Source: an uncultured delta proteobacterium
Lineage (GTDB): Bacteria > Desulfobacterota > Syntrophobacteria > BM002
Direction: 5' to 3'
Length of the DNA: 64,000 nucleotides
Assembly: GCA_963712115.1 (NCBI GenBank)
Contig: CAVQGX010000042.1
Span: forward strand, 1-64,000
Position numbers and translations under genes: made by a program. The first letter of the stretch is position 1. Each line of letters starts with the position of its first letter. Of the stretch, positions 59,822 through 64,000 are shown piece by piece. The notes under the pieces were generated by a model. That model saw only the letters and a program-made list of their open reading frames with translations. It did not search any database and had not been told where the DNA came from.

Positions 59822-60940
59822 CTAACGATCTACTTCAGGAACAACGATGTCAATGCTTCCCAGGATGGAGATAGTATCCGCTACCAGGGTTCCGGGGAGT
59901 ACATCTGTAAGGACTTGCAGGTTACCATAAGACGGGACCCGGGCTTTGAGTCGGTAGGGATAAGAGGTTCCGTCGCTCACTATGTAATAGCCCAGGGCAC
60001 CCCGGGCAGATTCGACTGCGAAGTAATAGTCTCCTTTAGGGGGTCTCACCTTGTGGGGCACCGCTGCCCTAAAAGGTCCCTCCGGCAACCTGTCCAGAGC
60101 CTGCTCGATAATGCGCAAGCTCTGCTCCATCTCCTGCAACCTGACCATATAGCGATCCAAGGCATCCCCAGTAGTGCCGGTGGGGATCTCGAAGTCAAAC
60201 TCGGAATAAACCGAATAGGGCTCTGCCCTCCGGATATCGTAAGCTACCCCGGCAGCTCTCAGGATTGGTCCGGTGCAGCCGAAGCGCAGGGCCAATTCAC
60301 GGTTGATCACCCCCACATCCTTGGCTCGATGAATAAAGATCACATTCTTGGTGACCAGGTTATGATAATCATCCCAGCGGCTCCGCAGACGGTCGATGAA
60401 TTTCCGTGTCGCCTCGATGAACTCGTCATCCACATCCTTGGCCACTCCGCCAAAACGGCAGTAGCTGTAGGTCAAACGGGAGCCGCTAACCCGGTCCAAA
60501 ATATCCAGGATGTTCTCCCGATCATCAAAAGAGTAAAGGAAGGGAGTGAAGCCGCCCAAATCCATGATATAGGTGCCGAACCACAGGAGGTGGCTGGAAA
60601 TGCGGTTCAGCTCGGCACAGATAACTCTGATGTATTCTGCCCGTGGTGGCGGCTCAATTCCCGCCATCTTTTCCACCGCAGCAACATAGCCATGGTTGTA
60701 AATCAGGCCTGCAAGGTAATCCATGCGGGAAGAGTTGGGGAGAAATTGCTCGTAGAGGTGGCTCTCCGCCATCTTCTCGTGGCCGCGGTGGCCGTAGCCG
60801 ATGATAGGGTCCGCCTCAACAATGTACTCGCCATCCAGTTTGAGGAAGAGCCTTAGGACCCCGTGAGTACTGGGATGCTGCGGCCCCATATTTAGATAAA
60901 AGGTCTGCTCGGTTATGGGCTCGAGGAACTCATTCGCCAT
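59822..60940 (-). CDS. nuoD: Complex I subunit D
   Basis: NMGPQHPSTHGVLR; GSIDIVVPEVDR; no NiFe CxxC ligands. Confidence 0.95.
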   Translation of the reverse strand: MANEFLEPITEQTFYLNMGPQHPSTHGVLRLFLKLDGEYIVEADPIIGYGHRGHEKMAESHLYEQFLPNSSRMDYLAGLIYNHGYVAAVEKMAGIEPPPRAEYIRVICAELNRISSHLLWFGTYIMDLGGFTPFLYSFDDRENILDILDRVSGSRLTYSYCRFGGVAKDVDDEFIEATRKFIDRLRSRWDDYHNLVTKNVIFIHRAKDVGVINRELALRFGCTGPILRAAGVAYDIRRAEPYSVYSEFDFEIPTGTTGDALDRYMVRLQEMEQSLRIIEQALDRLPEGPFRAAVPHKVRPPKGDYYFAVESARGALGYYIVSDGTSYPYRLKARVPSYGNLQVLTDVLPGTLVADTISILGSIDIVVPEVDR

Positions 60941-61403
60941 AGATCTCTTCCGTGCTCCTAAAAGCGTGGACTTTGCCGTAGTCTTTCAAAAGTGGATGGA
61001 AGTCAGCATCCTCCGGCAGCAAAATGCGGCGCAGATCCGGGTGATTGTCGAAGCGAATGCCGTACAGATCGAAGACTTCCCGCTCGTACCAGAGAGCCGC
61101 ATCATAAACGGTGCTGATGGTAGGAACCGATTCATTTCGTACCAGTTGCACTCTTACCAACGCTCTGGCCACACTGGAAAAGGAGTTAAACTGGTAGAGA
61201 ATTTGGACCCCCTCGGTGAAGTCCGCCGCGGTGATGGATTCCAGGAAGCAATCGGCCTCGCGGGCTGCTTGGGCCAAAGCCTCCACCTCCTTGCCCTTGG
61301 CTTCGATCTCCAAGGAAAAACCGTCTTTCTCGTAGTCCCGCGACCGAATGTGCGCCGGATCAACGACCTTTGACAATTCTTCTTTTAAATCTTCTAAGGA
61401 CAT
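60930..61403 (-). CDS. nuoC: Complex I subunit C
   Basis: [25 protein letters not shown]...HPLLKDY. Confidence 0.94.
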   Translation of the reverse strand: MSLEDLKEELSKVVDPAHIRSRDYEKDGFSLEIEAKGKEVEALAQAAREADCFLESITAADFTEGVQILYQFNSFSSVARALVRVQLVRNESVPTISTVYDAALWYEREVFDLYGIRFDNHPDLRRILLPEDADFHPLLKDYGKVHAFRSTEEIYGE

Positions 61404-61884
61404 TACGTTTTTCGCCTTTGGTTATTAAGTCCTCTAAGGCCAGAAATCCCTGAATTAACCCCTCGGGTCGAGGTGGACAGCCGGGCACATAAACATCCAC
61501 AGGAACAATGAGATCAGCGCCTGGCACTATGGCATACTGACCATCGTATTCGAAAGGACCTCCTGAGATGGCGCAGTTGCCCATGGCAATACACCATTTC
61601 GGCGCGGGCATCTGCTCCCAAAGGGTAACTATAGTGGGGGCCATCTTCTTGGCAATGGTCCCCGCTACGATCATTAAGTCCGACTGCCGGGGTGAGGGGC
61701 GGAACACCCCTGCTCCGAAACGGTCCAGGTCGAAGCGACTGGCTCCGGCTGCCATCATTTCGATGGCGCAGCAGGCTAGACCGAAGGTCATAGGCCAAAG
61801 GGAATTGGCCCTACACAGGTTGAGTATCTCTTCTACAACCGCAAATTGCACCCGGGGGCCAGGGGCTAACTCCTTCTCTGCCAA
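61360..61884 (-). CDS. nuoB: Complex I subunit B
   Basis: GLACCAIEM; SPRQSD; PGCPPRPE. Confidence 0.96.
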   Translation of the reverse strand: MAEKELAPGPRVQFAVVEEILNLCRANSLWPMTFGLACCAIEMMAAGASRFDLDRFGAGVFRPSPRQSDLMIVAGTIAKKMAPTIVTLWEQMPAPKWCIAMGNCAISGGPFEYDGQYAIVPGADLIVPVDVYVPGCPPRPEGLIQGFLALEDLITKGEKRNVLRRFKRRIVKGR

Positions 61885-62246
61885 GTGAAAACTCCTTTAC
61901 GCCAGGCGTAGACAATGGCCAAGGACAGAATACCAATAAAGATAACAATCTCAATGAAATCGCGAATTACATATCCTTTGTCGTAGGCCAAAGCTACCGG
62001 AAAGAGGTAGAGAACGTCCACGTCGAAGGCAAGAAAGATCAAGGCATAAATATAATAAGCAACACTGAATTGTATCCAAGCACTACCAATGGCGGGCATG
62101 CCGCTTTCGTAAGTCTCCGCCCGCTTGACCCCGACGCTTCTGCCGCCAATCAACCACGAGATGATGATCGGCGTTATGGCGAAGATAATACCTACCAGCA
62201 AAAAAACTCCCACGTAGAGGAAGTCGTGCAAGACCTGAGCTGTCAT
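61866..62246 (-). CDS. nuoA: Complex I subunit A
   Basis: YESG; FLAFDVD; YAWRKG. Confidence 0.94.
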   Translation of the reverse strand: MTAQVLHDFLYVGVFLLVGIIFAITPIIISWLIGGRSVGVKRAETYESGMPAIGSAWIQFSVAYYIYALIFLAFDVDVLYLFPVALAYDKGYVIRDFIEIVIFIGILSLAIVYAWRKGVFTWQRRS

Positions 62247-62796
62247 ACCTTACTCTCGTTTGTCTAGGGCCACCCGCGGGGGAACAGCCTCAAGCGTCAC
62301 CCATATTGTTCTTTGAACGGCATGCGAGGCGGGATTAGGTTACTTGGTGCTATTTGGCACAAACGACGTGATTTGTAACAGAAATCCCTACGAGCGTCAA
62401 GGATAAAAGATAAATTTTCTGACTTGCTGGGAGATTTGCCTAATTTCCTTTGCTAGTGGCTCTTGAGAGAAACTCCTTGCTTCCTTTTCCGGTGATTCCC
62501 CCTCCCTAATATTTAAGATTGAAGATTGCAGAATTCTAATTTTTAAATCTGTATTTTATTACCATAAATCCTAAATCCGAGATCCTAAATCCGAAATCCG
62601 AAATCGACCGAGTTTCCCCTTGTACAACAGTCTGAAAAAGGTTATACTCCGTCGCCGGAGAAAGGGATATTATTCACAAAATCAGTGAAATCGATTCTCT
62701 TCTCCTTTGGCTAGTTTTTGCTTGACTGTAAATCCGACCTGCCTATAATGACCAGCGTTTTCAGCCTAAACATATCAGTGGACAAGGAGCATTAAG

Positions 62797-62997
62797 ATGG
62801 CCGCTCATGCAGCTGATCAAAGGACTAAATCCGATGATCCTTTCAGGATGTACGCCTCCCCAGTAGGCGCTACTTTTTTGCAGAAGGCGAACAAAATCTT
62901 TGAAGACTTTCCTGTCTCCAAATACATACTTTTCTCCTTGATATTTGCCATTGAAGTAGCCATCGTCTTCGCTTTCGCCATCTATCTTACCCGTTAG
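62797..62997 (+). CDS. Small membrane protein
   Basis: AAGGAG RBS; C-terminal TM helix. Confidence 0.55.
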   Translation: MAAHAADQRTKSDDPFRMYASPVGATFLQKANKIFEDFPVSKYILFSLIFAIEVAIVFAFAIYLTR

Positions 62998-63255
62998 AGC
63001 CCTGATGCGAAGAGTATGAGCCATAATCCCGGCGGGGGAGGGATTAATACATTTTTCCTTGCAGTAAGTCCTAAAATTCACGAAGTTAATGACTGTTTTA
63101 AAAATGTGTGTTATATGATCAGTCTTGTTTTCCCTTCCTGTGGCCAACCTGGCCAGCAAAAACCGGATGGAAATATCGCAGAAAGTCTAGTGGTAATGGT
63201 TCGCCACAGGTGCAAAGATTGTCTTTTGACCAGAACCATATAAAAGAGGGATTTC

Positions 63256-64000
63256 ATGAAGGAGAAGATTCGACTAACCATCAACGGGCAGGAATTTGAG
63301 GCCGAAGCGGGCAACACCATTTTGCAGGTGGCCAGGCAAAAAGACATCCATATTCCAACACTTTGCTTCAACGAGGTTCTTAGACCTATCGAGAGCTGTC
63401 GACTCTGCGTCGTTCGAGTGGAGGGAGAGGAACACCTTCAGGCCTCCTGCAGCACCGAAATCCAAGAAGGCATGGTGATTACTACCGATTCTGATGAAAT
63501 TCATCAAATCCGTAAGCTCATGCTCGAACTCCTCCTCAAGGAACACTACGGTGACTGTGTGGCCCCTTGCCAGCTAACCTGTCCGGCCGGAATAGATATT
63601 CAGGGCTACATTGCCCTCATTGCCCAGGGACAGTACATCGAGGCTTTAAAGCTTATTCGAGAGCGTCTCCCCATGCCCCTTACCATAGGTCGGGTCTGCC
63701 CTCACTTCTGCGAGTACAAGTGCAATCGGAACCTGGTGGAAGAACCCATCAATATCAACCACCTCAAGCGGTTTGTCGCCGACTATGAGATGCACTCAGG
63801 TAAACGTAACCCGCCGCCTCTGTCAGAACTCTCCGGCCGTAAAGTGGCCATCATAGGCGGTGGACCTGCCGGCCTTTCGGCAGCCTATTATCTCCGTAGG
63901 CTGGGGCACGGCAGCACCATCTTTGACGCCATGCCTCATCTCGGCGGCATGCTCCGCTACGGCATTCCTGAATACCGTTTACCCAAAAAAATCCTCGACT
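63256..64000 (+). CDS. Fe-S/FAD oxidoreductase (NuoG-like 2Fe-2S N-terminus plus GltD-like domain), runs off the window
   Basis: MKEKIRLTING...IPTLC...SCRLCVV...ASC...CVAPCQLTCP...GRVCPHFCE...IIGGGPAGLSAA...GGMLRYGIPEYRL. Confidence 0.88.
   Translation, partial: MKEKIRLTINGQEFEAEAGNTILQVARQKDIHIPTLCFNEVLRPIESCRLCVVRVEGEEHLQASCSTEIQEGMVITTDSDEIHQIRKLMLELLLKEHYGDCVAPCQLTCPAGIDIQGYIALIAQGQYIEALKLIRERLPMPLTIGRVCPHFCEYKCNRNLVEEPININHLKRFVADYEMHSGKRNPPPLSELSGRKVAIIGGGPAGLSAAYYLRRLGHGSTIFDAMPHLGGMLRYGIPEYRLPKKILD

Noticed and set aside
59801-60856. 351-aa plus-strand ORF and similar antisense ORFs (for example 9196-9888, 24377-24985, 43162-43716)
   Set aside because: Shadow frames opposite well-supported genes, with no recognisable motifs.
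59822-61884. Group 4 NiFe hydrogenase
   Set aside because: The large subunit lacks both CxxC Ni ligands, and the small subunit has the complex I tandem CC motif.

Overview
Bacterial chromosomal window that looks like Desulfobacterota/Deltaproteobacteria. This is inferred from many sigma54 promoters, PilZ paralogs, a Geobacter-type short pilin, lpxC-DUF4390-ntrYX synteny and an 11-subunit complex I. Bases 1-18.4 kb are an accessory mosaic of small genes plus three IS elements (IS3, IS1202/ISNCY, IS110). It is punctuated by nine copies of a repeated site in two opposite orientations (types A and B). Each site resembles a tyrosine-recombinase core (arm-ATTA / 7-bp spacer / TAAT-arm) and carries a 16-bp NrdR-box-like motif at a fixed distance. 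A...B pairs bracket either single cargo genes or empty units of about 90 bp. The IS1111-type IS110 element has inserted exactly into one B site, and its 3' non-coding region carries sequences matching that site, as expected for a bridge/seek RNA. No recombinase gene lies in the window. The array ends just before an atypical tRNA-Cys(GCA). The remainder holds a c-di-GMP-I riboswitch, a short aromatic-rich pilin, signalling genes, a fimT-pilVWX-pilY1 operon, lpxC, ntrYX, a glucosylglycerate-type compatible-solute cluster and a USP. It ends with nuoABCDHIJKLMN plus a small NuoE/F-like Fe-S protein and the start of an Fe-S/FAD oxidoreductase. All calls come from reading the sequence; no database searches were run.
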